Sequence record: MT024865.1
Direction: 5' to 3' (one strand)
Source: Streptomyces phage Wakanda
DNA length: 24,000 nucleotides
In this document: piece after piece, positions 6,492 through 12,709 of the stretch
How the letters are laid out: each line of letters opens with the position of its first letter
Numbering within the stretch: the first letter of the stretch is position 1
Translations under genes and position numbers: made by a program
Notes under the pieces: generated by a model
The model's database searches: none
Seen by the model: the letters and a program-made list of their open reading frames with translations, nothing else
Told to the model about the DNA's origin: nothing

Positions 6492-6558
6492 CGTAAAACC
6501 GAAAGGAAGATATGGGTTACGGTTAAATTACCTCTTTCGTCTAGAAGGAGGTGATAAA

Positions 6559-6675
6559 ATGCCAGGACCAATGTCCCGCCCGGATGGGCACCGCGAGACG
6601 CACGAGGAACGTGTGGAGCGTGGACGCAAGATTATGAACGGTCAGACCCCGAAGACGGGGAAGACCACCCGGTGA
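6559..6675 (+). CDS. Small basic peptide MPGPMSRPDGHRETHEERVERGRKIMNGQTPKTGKTTR
   Basis: SD AAGGAGGTGAT, 38 codons. Confidence 0.65.
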   Translation: MPGPMSRPDGHRETHEERVERGRKIMNGQTPKTGKTTR

Positions 6676-6690
6676 CGCAAGTCACCACCT

Positions 6691-6766
6691 GGGGCCGTAG
6701 CTCAGTCTGGTCAGAGCGCTCGGTTGAAACCCGAGAGGTTCGTTGGTTCGATTCCAACCGGTCCCA
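6691..6766 (+). tRNA. tRNA-Phe(GAA)
   Basis: Acceptor GGGGCCG/CGGTCCC, loop TTGAAAC. Confidence 0.93.
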
Positions 6767-6845
6767 CGTTGACACGACCCCGCACGGTTACGCATCGGCG
6801 GGGTTTCGTGCTATCCTGGGTCGAAACGACCCAAGGAGGCAGGAG

Positions 6846-7133
6846 ATGCCCAAGGTCCAGGATGCAATGTCGATGCACGAGAAAACTGTGCAGAAACTTG
6901 CTGTGGACGAGCTGGAAATTCCTCGTGCGCGTCGGAGGAAGCGGGAGCGCGAGCATCCCGTGGATGTCGCGGTCAAGAGCAAGAGAAAGAGCGTGAAGGC
7001 AGCGGATAAGCTGTTCAGAAATGTACGCGACGATGTGTACGAAAAAGCTATGGAGCTAGCTGACCAAAATTGGCGGCGGTTGGTCGTAGTGGATAATGAG
7101 ACCCTAATAGTCTCCAACAAGGAGGTACATTGA
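6846..7133 (+). CDS. Hypothetical basic protein
   Basis: 95 aa MPKVQDAMSMHEKTVQKLAVDELEIPRARRRKRER..., SD AGGAGGCAGGAG. Confidence 0.75.
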   Translation: MPKVQDAMSMHEKTVQKLAVDELEIPRARRRKREREHPVDVAVKSKRKSVKAADKLFRNVRDDVYEKAMELADQNWRRLVVVDNETLIVSNKEVH

Positions 7134-7300
7134 CTCAGGAATACCATGACGAGTACAATCAATACAGCCCAGTCGAGCGAGCGGTAGCCGAGGAACTGGG
7201 CATCGATGTGGCGTACGTGAAGCTAGTCCTTGATACCTTCGAGGACCAATACAACCGTATCGAAGATGAGCGAGCAGCCAACAAAAGGAGTGGGCTGTAA
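7130..7300 (+). CDS. Hypothetical protein MTQEYHDEYNQYSPVERAVAEELGIDVAYVKLVL...
   Basis: TTG start overlapping the upstream stop, SD AAGGAGGT; stop overlaps the next ATG. Confidence 0.6.
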   Translation: MTQEYHDEYNQYSPVERAVAEELGIDVAYVKLVLDTFEDQYNRIEDERAANKRSGL

Positions 7301-7485
7301 TGGCGGTAGCGGAACCTCCAATCGAGAGTCCCACGGAGACGGACAGGCGAGCTGCGGCTGAGCTTGGAATTACTCCGGAAGAGATGGTTCGTATCCTTGA
7401 CGTGTGGTCCAAGCACGCCAGGGAGGTTGTCCTGGAGCGCAGACAGGCGCGGGTTGCGAACGACGCTCGAATTGTGGTAGAATAA
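7300..7485 (+). CDS. Hypothetical protein
   Basis: 61 aa MAVAEPPIESPTETDRRAAAELGITPEEMVRIL... Confidence 0.65.
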   Translation: MAVAEPPIESPTETDRRAAAELGITPEEMVRILDVWSKHAREVVLERRQARVANDARIVVE

Positions 7486-7509
7486 TTGAACAGCGCCCGA
7501 AAGGGCAAT

Positions 7510-7592
7510 GGGTGTATATGCAAGCGGCTCAAAGCATCTGGTCTGTAAAACCAGCGTCTCTGACTTCGTAGGTTCGAATCCTACTGCACCCA
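7510..7592 (+). tRNA. tRNA-Tyr(GTA)
   Basis: Acceptor GGGTGTA/TGCACCC, loop CTGTAAA, long variable arm. Confidence 0.92.
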
Positions 7593-7615
7593 CGCAGGAG
7601 GGAGGGAAACAGATA

Positions 7616-7714
7616 ATGTCAACTCCAGGTCCAAAGTATTGCTCACGATGCGGAACCCCAAATCCGCCAGAGGCTACGTATTGCTCTAGCTGTCGTGGCA
7701 TGCTCAATCCATGA
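7616..7714 (+). CDS. Small zinc-ribbon protein MSTPGPKYCSRCGTPNPPEATYCSSCRGMLNP
   Basis: Classic CxxC-x12-CxxC zinc ribbon. Confidence 0.75.
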   Translation: MSTPGPKYCSRCGTPNPPEATYCSSCRGMLNP

Positions 7715-7733
7715 AATTCGGCCTTCGGGCCAT

Positions 7734-7806
7734 GCTCCCTTAGCTCAGTTGGTAGAGCAGGAGACTTTTAATCTTCGGGTCGTCCGTTCGAGTCGGACAG
7801 GGAGCA
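7734..7806 (+). tRNA. tRNA-Lys(TTT)
   Basis: Acceptor GCTCCCT/AGGGAGC, loop CTTTTAA. Confidence 0.93.
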
Positions 7807-7808
7807 CT

Positions 7809-7881
7809 GTGACGTAAGCCGAGCGGCTAAGGCACTTGGTTGTGGCCCAAGGTTTGGCGGGTTCGACTCCCGTACGTCACC
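7809..7881 (+). tRNA. tRNA-His(GTG)
   Basis: Acceptor GTGACGT/ACGTCAC, loop TTGTGGC, C73. Confidence 0.9.
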
Positions 7882-7883
7882 CC

Positions 7884-7954
7884 GGTCCTATGTGCGAGAG
7901 GCTAGCAACTAGTCTGCAAAACTAGGCACGTCGGTTCGAGTCCGACTAGGACCT
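7884..7954 (+). tRNA. tRNA-Cys(GCA)
   Basis: Acceptor GGTCCTA/TAGGACC, loop CTGCAAA. Confidence 0.9.
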
Positions 7955-8227
7955 CTATACATTCCCCACTTGGATGTAGAAGGTTAGTAAGTGGTGTTGA
8001 GCCCACCTGTGAATGTGGAACGGGACAGCCCTAGCAGGCTGTATTGACTTCCCTAAGTGATATTCTGGAGCCCGTAAAGGAATATCAACCAGATGACTCG
8101 ATGTGCTAGCATCGCTGGTGGTGCGGTGAAGAGATTTGTCACCTCCAACCGCTTTATAATCACCCGAGACTGGTCCACTCCCATAACGGACTCGTGGTTC
8201 CCCCAAGCACACGTTAAACTGGGGCAC
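7955..8227 (+). ncRNA. Unassigned structured RNA block, 5' part
   Basis: Perfect hairpins CCACTT/AAGTGG, ACAGCC-ctagca-GGCTGT, GATATTC/GAATATC, CGATG-tgctag-CATCG, CGAG/CTCG; no plausible CDS. Confidence 0.5.
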
Positions 8228-8300
8228 GCCTTCTTAGCTCAGGGGACAGAGCAGCGGTCTTCGGAACCGCGTGACGGGAGTTCGAATCTCTCAGGAGGCA
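8228..8300 (+). tRNA. tRNA-Arg(TCG)
   Basis: Acceptor GCCTTCT/AGGAGGC, loop CTTCGGA. Confidence 0.92.
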
Positions 8301-8301
8301 C

Positions 8302-8448
8302 GTTAGCGAGCATCGGCCGGGTATGTCAGCGAATCCCGTGGGTAGCATAAACGAATAGCGATTCGGACCAAGATGCAATGTGAACGGTAGAGCTTTGCTA
8401 CGGCTCCCACAGTAACTAGTAAGGGATAGGCTCCTAAATAGCGCTAAC
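8302..8448 (+). ncRNA. Unassigned structured RNA block, 3' part
   Basis: Closing stem GTTAGCG (8302-8308)/CGCTAAC (8442-8448); internal GCATC/GATGC and CGAATC/GATTCG. Confidence 0.5.
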
Positions 8449-8475
8449 ACCAAGCTTCCGATTTAAGGAGTTATC

Positions 8476-8652
8476 ATGGGCCTAAAGAAGTGGCTTACGG
8501 GCGAAGAAGTTCAGTCCAACGATAACAAGTTCAAGGGCGAGGTCGTAGAGGTCTCCAAGGATGGCAAGCAAGTCGATGTCGAAGTTGACGGCATGAAGAT
8601 GCGCTTTGGCCACAAGGAGCTTAAGCGTCAGCCTCCGGAGGAGCACCGATGA
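8476..8652 (+). CDS. Hypothetical protein MGLKKWLTGEEVQSNDNKFKGEVVEVSKDGKQVDVEV...
   Basis: 58 aa, SD AAGGAG, ATGA overlap with the next gene. Confidence 0.75.
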   Translation: MGLKKWLTGEEVQSNDNKFKGEVVEVSKDGKQVDVEVDGMKMRFGHKELKRQPPEEHR

Positions 8653-9080
8653 TTAACGTGGTCTGGGGCGAATACTGCTACCAGTCTGAGCCTGGTGAGG
8701 ACACGGACGAGCCGTACTCCTGGCGAGGCGTAGAGCGTACCGAGATTAATGATGTAGAGGCCGTTTATTCTGAGGGTGAGGGAAACCCCCACCGAGGAAT
8801 GATTCGGCCGGGTGCTTTTTCGTGCGAAGCAAAGCCAGGCGATACCGTTTACGCGGTTATCGTCAGGTACTCCACGGGAGACACCTTCGGTCGTGAAGAG
8901 GGATTGGCCATCTGCCTTGATGTTTTCACCGATGCCGACAAGGCAGAGGAGCTTGCGAAGGCAGCTCGTGAGGTTGATGAGTTCCGAATGACCGTCAATG
9001 GTGTAGAATATTACGTCAGTTGGGTCGGCTACTTCGAGCATCTTGAGGATGTTGTCGTAGAGGAACTTGTGGTACGATAG
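8649..9080 (+). CDS. Hypothetical protein
   Basis: 143-aa ORF with SD GGAGGAG. Confidence 0.8.
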   Translation: MINVVWGEYCYQSEPGEDTDEPYSWRGVERTEINDVEAVYSEGEGNPHRGMIRPGAFSCEAKPGDTVYAVIVRYSTGDTFGREEGLAICLDVFTDADKAEELAKAAREVDEFRMTVNGVEYYVSWVGYFEHLEDVVVEELVVR

Positions 9081-9094
9081 ATTTACGGCAACGG

Positions 9095-9123
9095 TTGCTT
9101 GCCAGAATAGAAACCCGTATAAT
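9095..9123 (+). promoter_or_regulatory. Candidate promoter
   Basis: TTGCTT - 17 nt - TATAAT. Confidence 0.6.
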
Positions 9124-9129
9124 CCTGGT

Positions 9130-9291
9130 ATACGCGCCTACGCGGCGGGTTTCGAATTCGAAGGGGTCACGCCCAGCAACCAAGCTATCCTTGCGAGGAT
9201 GTGGACCGCTTGTACGGGAGAACTGGCCAGCTCTGACAGGCTTGCGGGTGGAGAGGGACGGCATGAAGGACCGTCGTGTAGCAAGGAATTC
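9130..9291 (+). ncRNA. Unassigned structured noncoding leader before tRNA-Arg/tmRNA
   Basis: CAAGC-t-ATCC-ttgcga-GGAT...GCTTG, GACGG/CCGTC. Confidence 0.3.
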
Positions 9292-9364
9292 GCTTTCATA
9301 GCTCAATGGATAGAGCGCTCGCCTCCTAAGCGAGAGGTTGACAGTTCGAGTCTGTCTGGAAGCA
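9292..9364 (+). tRNA. tRNA-Arg(CCT)
   Basis: Acceptor GCTTTCA/TGGAAGC, loop CTCCTAA. Confidence 0.92.
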
Positions 9365-9365
9365 C

Positions 9366-9644
9366 GGGGCTGTCTCTGGTTTCGACGGCGCTGAATAATA
9401 TACGGATGCAACTCTTCTCGGTCAAAGAAGTAAAACGGGCCAAAGCAATAAATGCAAACTCACGTAACGCATTCGCTCTAGCTGCGTAAGCAGTAGGGCC
9501 GGGTTAGTCGGAGACCTAGGAACAGAATGTCCGACCCAAAATTGCAACACCTAGCACGACACGCTGTACCAAATGATTGACATGGTTGTGCACCATCTGT
9601 ATATTTGAAAGTGGCGGACAGGGGTTCGACTCCCCTCAGCTCCA
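9366..9644 (+). ncRNA. ssrA: tmRNA (one-piece), tag ANSRNAFALAA
   Basis: GGGGCTG...GGTTTCGACGG 5' end, 3' T-arm aGGGG-TTCGACT-CCCC and CAGCTCC acceptor; tag ORF GCAAACTCACGTAACGCATTCGCTCTAGCTGCGTAA at 9454-9489. Confidence 0.92.
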
Positions 9645-9659
9645 CTCAAAGAAGGAAGC

Positions 9660-9827
9660 ATGAAGGCTAAAAATCAGTACATCTATAGTGACGATGAGGC
9701 TTATCTGTCTCGTCTTGAGGAAGAGTACGCTTTGCTAGGCAGGCGTACAAAGCGAGAGAGCGGCAGGCTTATTGTCTTTGCCCTCGTTCGCAAGGGCCGT
9801 AAGGCTCCTCCCCGTCGAAGGAAGTAG
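9660..9827 (+). CDS. Hypothetical basic protein MKAKNQYIYSDDEAYLSRLEEEYALLGRRTKRES...
   Basis: 55 aa, SD AGAAGGAAG. Confidence 0.7.
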   Translation: MKAKNQYIYSDDEAYLSRLEEEYALLGRRTKRESGRLIVFALVRKGRKAPPRRRK

Positions 9828-9857
9828 TTGACAACCTTCCACGGGGGATGCTACAAT
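9828..9857 (+). promoter_or_regulatory. Sigma70-type promoter
   Basis: TTGACA - 18 nt - TACAAT with TG extension. Confidence 0.85.
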
Positions 9858-9863
9858 AATTAA

Positions 9864-9990
9864 ACAGCACACGGACAAGGCTTAGGCGGGTGAAATAAAC
9901 CGGTGGGATGCGAGTGGTGATGCTGTAGGATGTAGAAGTAGGGCATGGCCTGACTACGCTGGTGGAGAATCAGAGTCCAGAGCTACATCC
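9864..9990 (+). ncRNA. Unassigned structured RNA upstream of tRNA-Asn
   Basis: ACAGCA/TGCTGT, GGATGTAG/CTACATCC enclosing GTAGGGCatgGCCtgaCTAC and CTGG/CCAG. Confidence 0.45.
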
Positions 9991-9996
9991 GTTCTT

Positions 9997-10070
9997 TCCC
10001 CGATAGCTCAATTGGCAGTAGCAATCGGCTGTTAACCGATAGGTTGTAGGTTCGAGTCCTACTCGGGGAG
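9997..10070 (+). tRNA. tRNA-Asn(GTT)
   Basis: Acceptor TCCCCGA/TCGGGGA, loop CTGTTAA. Confidence 0.93.
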
Positions 10071-10072
10071 CA

Positions 10073-10180
10073 ATTGCGTGGTAGCCCAACTACAAGAGGC
10101 GGCCAGTAACCTGGAGGGTCCTTCTCGGAATCTGACTACAAGGGAGAAGGTAGTGCTGGTGGAAATCCAGCCCACGCAAT
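10073..10180 (+). ncRNA. tRNA-like structured RNA with TGGAAAT loop
   Basis: 9-bp closing stem ATTGCGTGG/CCACGCAAT; GTAG-cccaa-CTAC; CCAG-taac-CTGG; CCTTCTC/GAGAAGG; GCTGG-TGGAAAT-CCAGC directly abutting the closing 3' strand. Confidence 0.6.
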
Positions 10181-10183
10181 AAG

Positions 10184-10213
10184 TTGACAAACCTCTAGTA
10201 AGTTTGTTAACAT
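10184..10213 (+). promoter_or_regulatory. Sigma70-type promoter
   Basis: TTGACA - 18 nt - TAACAT with TG extension. Confidence 0.75.
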
Positions 10214-10228
10214 AGAAGTACAAAGCAA

Positions 10229-10311
10229 GCGGGTGTGGCGGAATGGCAGACGCGCTAGGTTTAGGCCCTAGTGTCCGGAAGGATGTGCAGGTTCAACTCC
10301 TGTCACCCGTA
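10229..10311 (+). tRNA. tRNA-Leu(TAG)
   Basis: Acceptor GCGGGTG/CACCCGT, loop TTTAGGC, long variable arm. Confidence 0.92.
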
Positions 10312-10342
10312 CAAGGTTCGATGATTCCTTAATATCATCAAT

Positions 10343-10414
10343 GCGGGGTTAGCTCAGTGGGAGAGCAATTGCCTTACAAGCAATAGGTCGTGGGTTCAAA
10401 TCCCTCACCCCGTA
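10343..10414 (+). tRNA. tRNA-Val(TAC)
   Basis: Acceptor GCGGGGT/ACCCCGT, loop CTTACAA. Confidence 0.92.
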
Positions 10415-10418
10415 CGCA

Positions 10419-10456
10419 AGCCCCTGTTATCATCTCACGACATAACAGGGGCTTTT
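10419..10456 (+). terminator. Intrinsic terminator
   Basis: AGCCCCTGTTAT...ATAACAGGGGCTTTTAA. Confidence 0.9.
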
Positions 10457-10461
10457 AATAT

Positions 10462-10534
10462 GGCGACGTGGCCCAACGGCAGAGGCAGCGGCTTCAAGTA
10501 CCGTCAAGTGTGGGTTCGAATCCCACCGTCGCTA
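10462..10534 (+). tRNA. tRNA with CAA anticodon (Leu-reading) but short variable loop
   Basis: Acceptor GGCGACG/CGTCGCT, anticodon arm gcggc-TTCAAGT-accgt (31/39 mismatch), 5-nt variable loop, T-arm gtggg-TTCGAAT-cccac. Confidence 0.75.
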
Positions 10535-10568
10535 CGTAAGTAATATGCTATCCTGTTAAGAGGAGAAA

Positions 10569-10787
10569 ATGGTGCGTTTCGAGAAGGTGAACGATGAAGT
10601 CGTTTCCGTCGAGATTTCGGTTTCTGACCTTGGCGCTATCGGCGCTGGTCTTGCTCGTGGTCCTCAAACTGACCGTGAGGAGTCTCTGGCCCGAGTTTTT
10701 CGAACGGCTCATGAGCGTCTGACTGAGAAGCCTGATGAGGATGCCCTGGCTGACTGGGAGCGCGAGCTTCTAGAGCAGCAGGCGTAA
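10569..10787 (+). CDS. Hypothetical protein
   Basis: 72-aa ORF, SD AGGAGA. Confidence 0.8.
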   Translation: MVRFEKVNDEVVSVEISVSDLGAIGAGLARGPQTDREESLARVFRTAHERLTEKPDEDALADWERELLEQQA

Positions 10788-10793
10788 GCCACT

Positions 10794-10815
10794 ACCCCGC
10801 TGGAAACGGCGGGGT
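10794..10815 (+). terminator. Hairpin at gene end
   Basis: ACCCCGC-TGGAAAC-GGCGGGGTT. Confidence 0.5.
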
Positions 10816-10843
10816 TAAGCTATAATAGAATAAAGGTGATAGC

Positions 10844-11059
10844 ATGACCAAGAAGTACATCGAGCCCGGTAAGCGGCTCATGGACCTTGCTTACGTTCGT
10901 GATGGTAAGCTGGTTCACACGGGCGAGGCTCTAGTCCTTGCTCTGCTAATAGCAACACGGGGTAAGACCAAGCGTGGCAATGACGAGGTTAAGCACCTTG
11001 CCAAGATGCTTGATGACCCCAATCAGGAAAAGCCAAAGAGGAAGCCCCGCAGGAAGTAA
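10844..11059 (+). CDS. Hypothetical basic protein
   Basis: 71 aa MTKKYIEPGKRLMDLAYVRDGKLVHTGEAL...; TATAAT at 10821-10826. Confidence 0.75.
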   Translation: MTKKYIEPGKRLMDLAYVRDGKLVHTGEALVLALLIATRGKTKRGNDEVKHLAKMLDDPNQEKPKRKPRRK

Positions 11060-11092
11060 GCCTGTCGGGGCTTTCCCCGTTTAGGAGGAAAT

Positions 11093-11635
11093 ATGGGATG
11101 GTGTTCTGGGACCGAGTTTTTTGATGACGGCCTGAGCACATTTCTCAAGTACGTTCCCGAGGACAAGAAGTTCGAGGTCGTGCGAGAGTGGTACGACAGC
11201 TTCCGATTCTCTGACTGGGACTGCCAGGGTGAGTCCAATTACTACGAGGACTACATTCGGCATTTCGAGGTTCAGGACGACGGACTTGACGACTACGACA
11301 CGGTTCTTTATATCAATCGGTCAGACTCGCGGTGCAGTTGCGGGGTTGGGGCGTTTCCGTCTGAGAATGGTCACTACACAGCGGCGGGCTGGGATAACAA
11401 GGTCGAGCCTTGCGGTGAGATGTGGAGTGCCGTATCATCTGAATATGTCAACATGGCGGAGACGATGACGAGGAACACCTACGGGTATGACAACCTCATC
11501 GGACTGCCAGTTGTTCACTATGACGGACGATACCTTGGGATGTACGGTGGCAAGACAAGAGAGAATGCGGCAGTGCCAGAAGTGCGGGATGAGGAAGATA
11601 TCACCGTATATGAAGCCGATGAAGACTTGCGGTGA
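11093..11635 (+). CDS. Conserved-looking phage protein of unknown function (MGWCSGTEFFD...)
   Basis: 180-aa ORF; the N-terminal MGWCSGTE..D pattern recurs in phage hypotheticals. Confidence 0.75.
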   Translation: MGWCSGTEFFDDGLSTFLKYVPEDKKFEVVREWYDSFRFSDWDCQGESNYYEDYIRHFEVQDDGLDDYDTVLYINRSDSRCSCGVGAFPSENGHYTAAGWDNKVEPCGEMWSAVSSEYVNMAETMTRNTYGYDNLIGLPVVHYDGRYLGMYGGKTRENAAVPEVRDEEDITVYEADEDLR

Positions 11636-11687
11636 CTGTCTCGCAGAAGAGATAATTGAGGAGATTCGCAGTGGCAGGTCTGCCTAA
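11565..11687 (+). CDS. 40-aa zinc-finger-like protein MRQCQKCGMRKISPYMKPMKTCGDCLAEEIIEEIRSGRSA
   Basis: CxxC...CxxC in another frame overlapping the 3' end of 11093-11635; SD AAGAGAGA. Confidence 0.55.
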   Translation: MRQCQKCGMRKISPYMKPMKTCGDCLAEEIIEEIRSGRSA

Positions 11688-11904
11688 GAAGTTGTACTAT
11701 GTTCTCATCAAGCCGGGCGGTAAGCCGCTTGGGTACCGTCAGAAGGGTGGCGGTACCTATACCGATGAGAGATATGCCAAGGGCCAGTATGAACACCTCA
11801 AGGCATACGGTTCCAATGTTGAGTGGTATGAAGGTACTATCGACTGGGAGCTGAAAGAGTCGTCCAGGGAAAATCCGATGGAAGGACAGCCAGGTCTGTG
11901 GTAA
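11671..11904 (+). CDS. Hypothetical protein
   Basis: GTG start with SD GAGGAG; VAGLPKKLYYVLIKPGGKPLGYRQKGGGTYTDERYAK... Confidence 0.65.
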   Translation: MAGLPKKLYYVLIKPGGKPLGYRQKGGGTYTDERYAKGQYEHLKAYGSNVEWYEGTIDWELKESSRENPMEGQPGLW

Positions 11905-12377
11905 CCTACGTCAAGGGCGATGCGACCAAGCCGCAGGGCGATGGCAAGAAGATTATCGCTCACATCTGCAACGATTCTGGCAGATGGGGCGCGGGTTTCG
12001 TAAAGGCAATTTCTCAGAAGTCTACGGAGCCTGAGCTGCGATACCGAGAGTGGTACCGGCAGACCAAGGAGCGGGGAGACTACTTCTTGCCTCTTGGTCA
12101 TGTACAGTTCGTGTCTTGCAGTGCTACAATCACTGTGGCTAATATGGTTGCGCAGCACGGGACATACAGTGCCAAGTACAACCCGCATCCAATTTCCTAC
12201 GATGCGCTTGAGTATTGCTTGAACAAGGTTGCTCTGGTTGCGGAAGCAGAAAATTCCTCCGTCCACATGCCACGAATTGGCACGGGCTTGGCCCGAGGCA
12301 ACTGGGAAGTCATTGAATCGGTTATCAATCGCACTCTGACTTTGCGGGATATTGACGTTACAGTCTATGACCTGTAA
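11898..12377 (+). CDS. Macro-domain (ADP-ribose-binding) protein
   Basis: VKGDATKPQGDGKKIIAHICNDSGRWGAGFVKAIS...HMPRIGTGLARGNWEVIESVI. Confidence 0.88.
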   Translation: MVTYVKGDATKPQGDGKKIIAHICNDSGRWGAGFVKAISQKSTEPELRYREWYRQTKERGDYFLPLGHVQFVSCSATITVANMVAQHGTYSAKYNPHPISYDALEYCLNKVALVAEAENSSVHMPRIGTGLARGNWEVIESVINRTLTLRDIDVTVYDL

Positions 12378-12380
12378 AAT

Positions 12381-12416
12381 GAAGGGGTTCCAATAAAAAG
12401 GAGCCCCTTCAAGCTC
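12381..12416 (+). terminator. Hairpin-AAGCT element
   Basis: GAAGGGG...CCCCTTC AAGCT. Confidence 0.5.
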
Positions 12417-12433
12417 CCCAAAGAAAGTGAGGG

Positions 12434-12634
12434 ATGTTCGTGGTTGAGTGGATTGTTACTCAGTTTATGAAGTTGGCTGGGGGAACTGCACTGGCCGGAA
12501 TCGCGTGGGTTTTCCTTGATGGCCTTATGGGTTATACGATTCCGTTCTGGGTTCTCTGGGTCATTGCTGTGCTGCTGGTGTATGGAGTTGTATACTGGCT
12601 GGAACACGGAGACAATCACTGGGATATTCTCTAG
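12434..12634 (+). CDS. Small membrane protein
   Basis: 66 aa with two hydrophobic segments. Confidence 0.75.
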   Translation: MFVVEWIVTQFMKLAGGTALAGIAWVFLDGLMGYTIPFWVLWVIAVLLVYGVVYWLEHGDNHWDIL

Positions 12635-12641
12635 TGATGCC

Positions 12642-12668
12642 ATGGGGCTCCCCCAAGCCCCAAGCTTG
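12642..12668 (+). terminator. Hairpin-AAGCTT element
   Basis: TGGGGCT-cccca-AGCCCCA AGCTT. Confidence 0.5.
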
Positions 12669-12709
12669 CACATGCCCATTGGTTTTCTAAACAAAGGAGA
12701 CTATAACCA

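Noticed and set aside
6769-6830. TTGACA after tRNA-Phe as a promoter with TATCCT
   Set aside because: Spacing is far beyond 17-18 nt and contains the CCCCGC...GCGGGG hairpin; TGcTATCCT alone may be an extended -10.
7955-8227. 90-aa minus-strand ORF in the structured block
   Set aside because: Coincides with dense perfect inverted repeats, no SD and no recognisable domain; RNA interpretation preferred but unproven.
9067-9489. 140-aa plus-strand ORF
   Set aside because: Runs through tRNA-Arg(CCT) and ends at the tmRNA tag stop codon; the ending NANSRNAFALAA is the tag, not a normal protein C-terminus.
9577-9600. TTGACA inside the tmRNA gene
   Set aside because: No -10 element at correct spacing; part of the tmRNA sequence.
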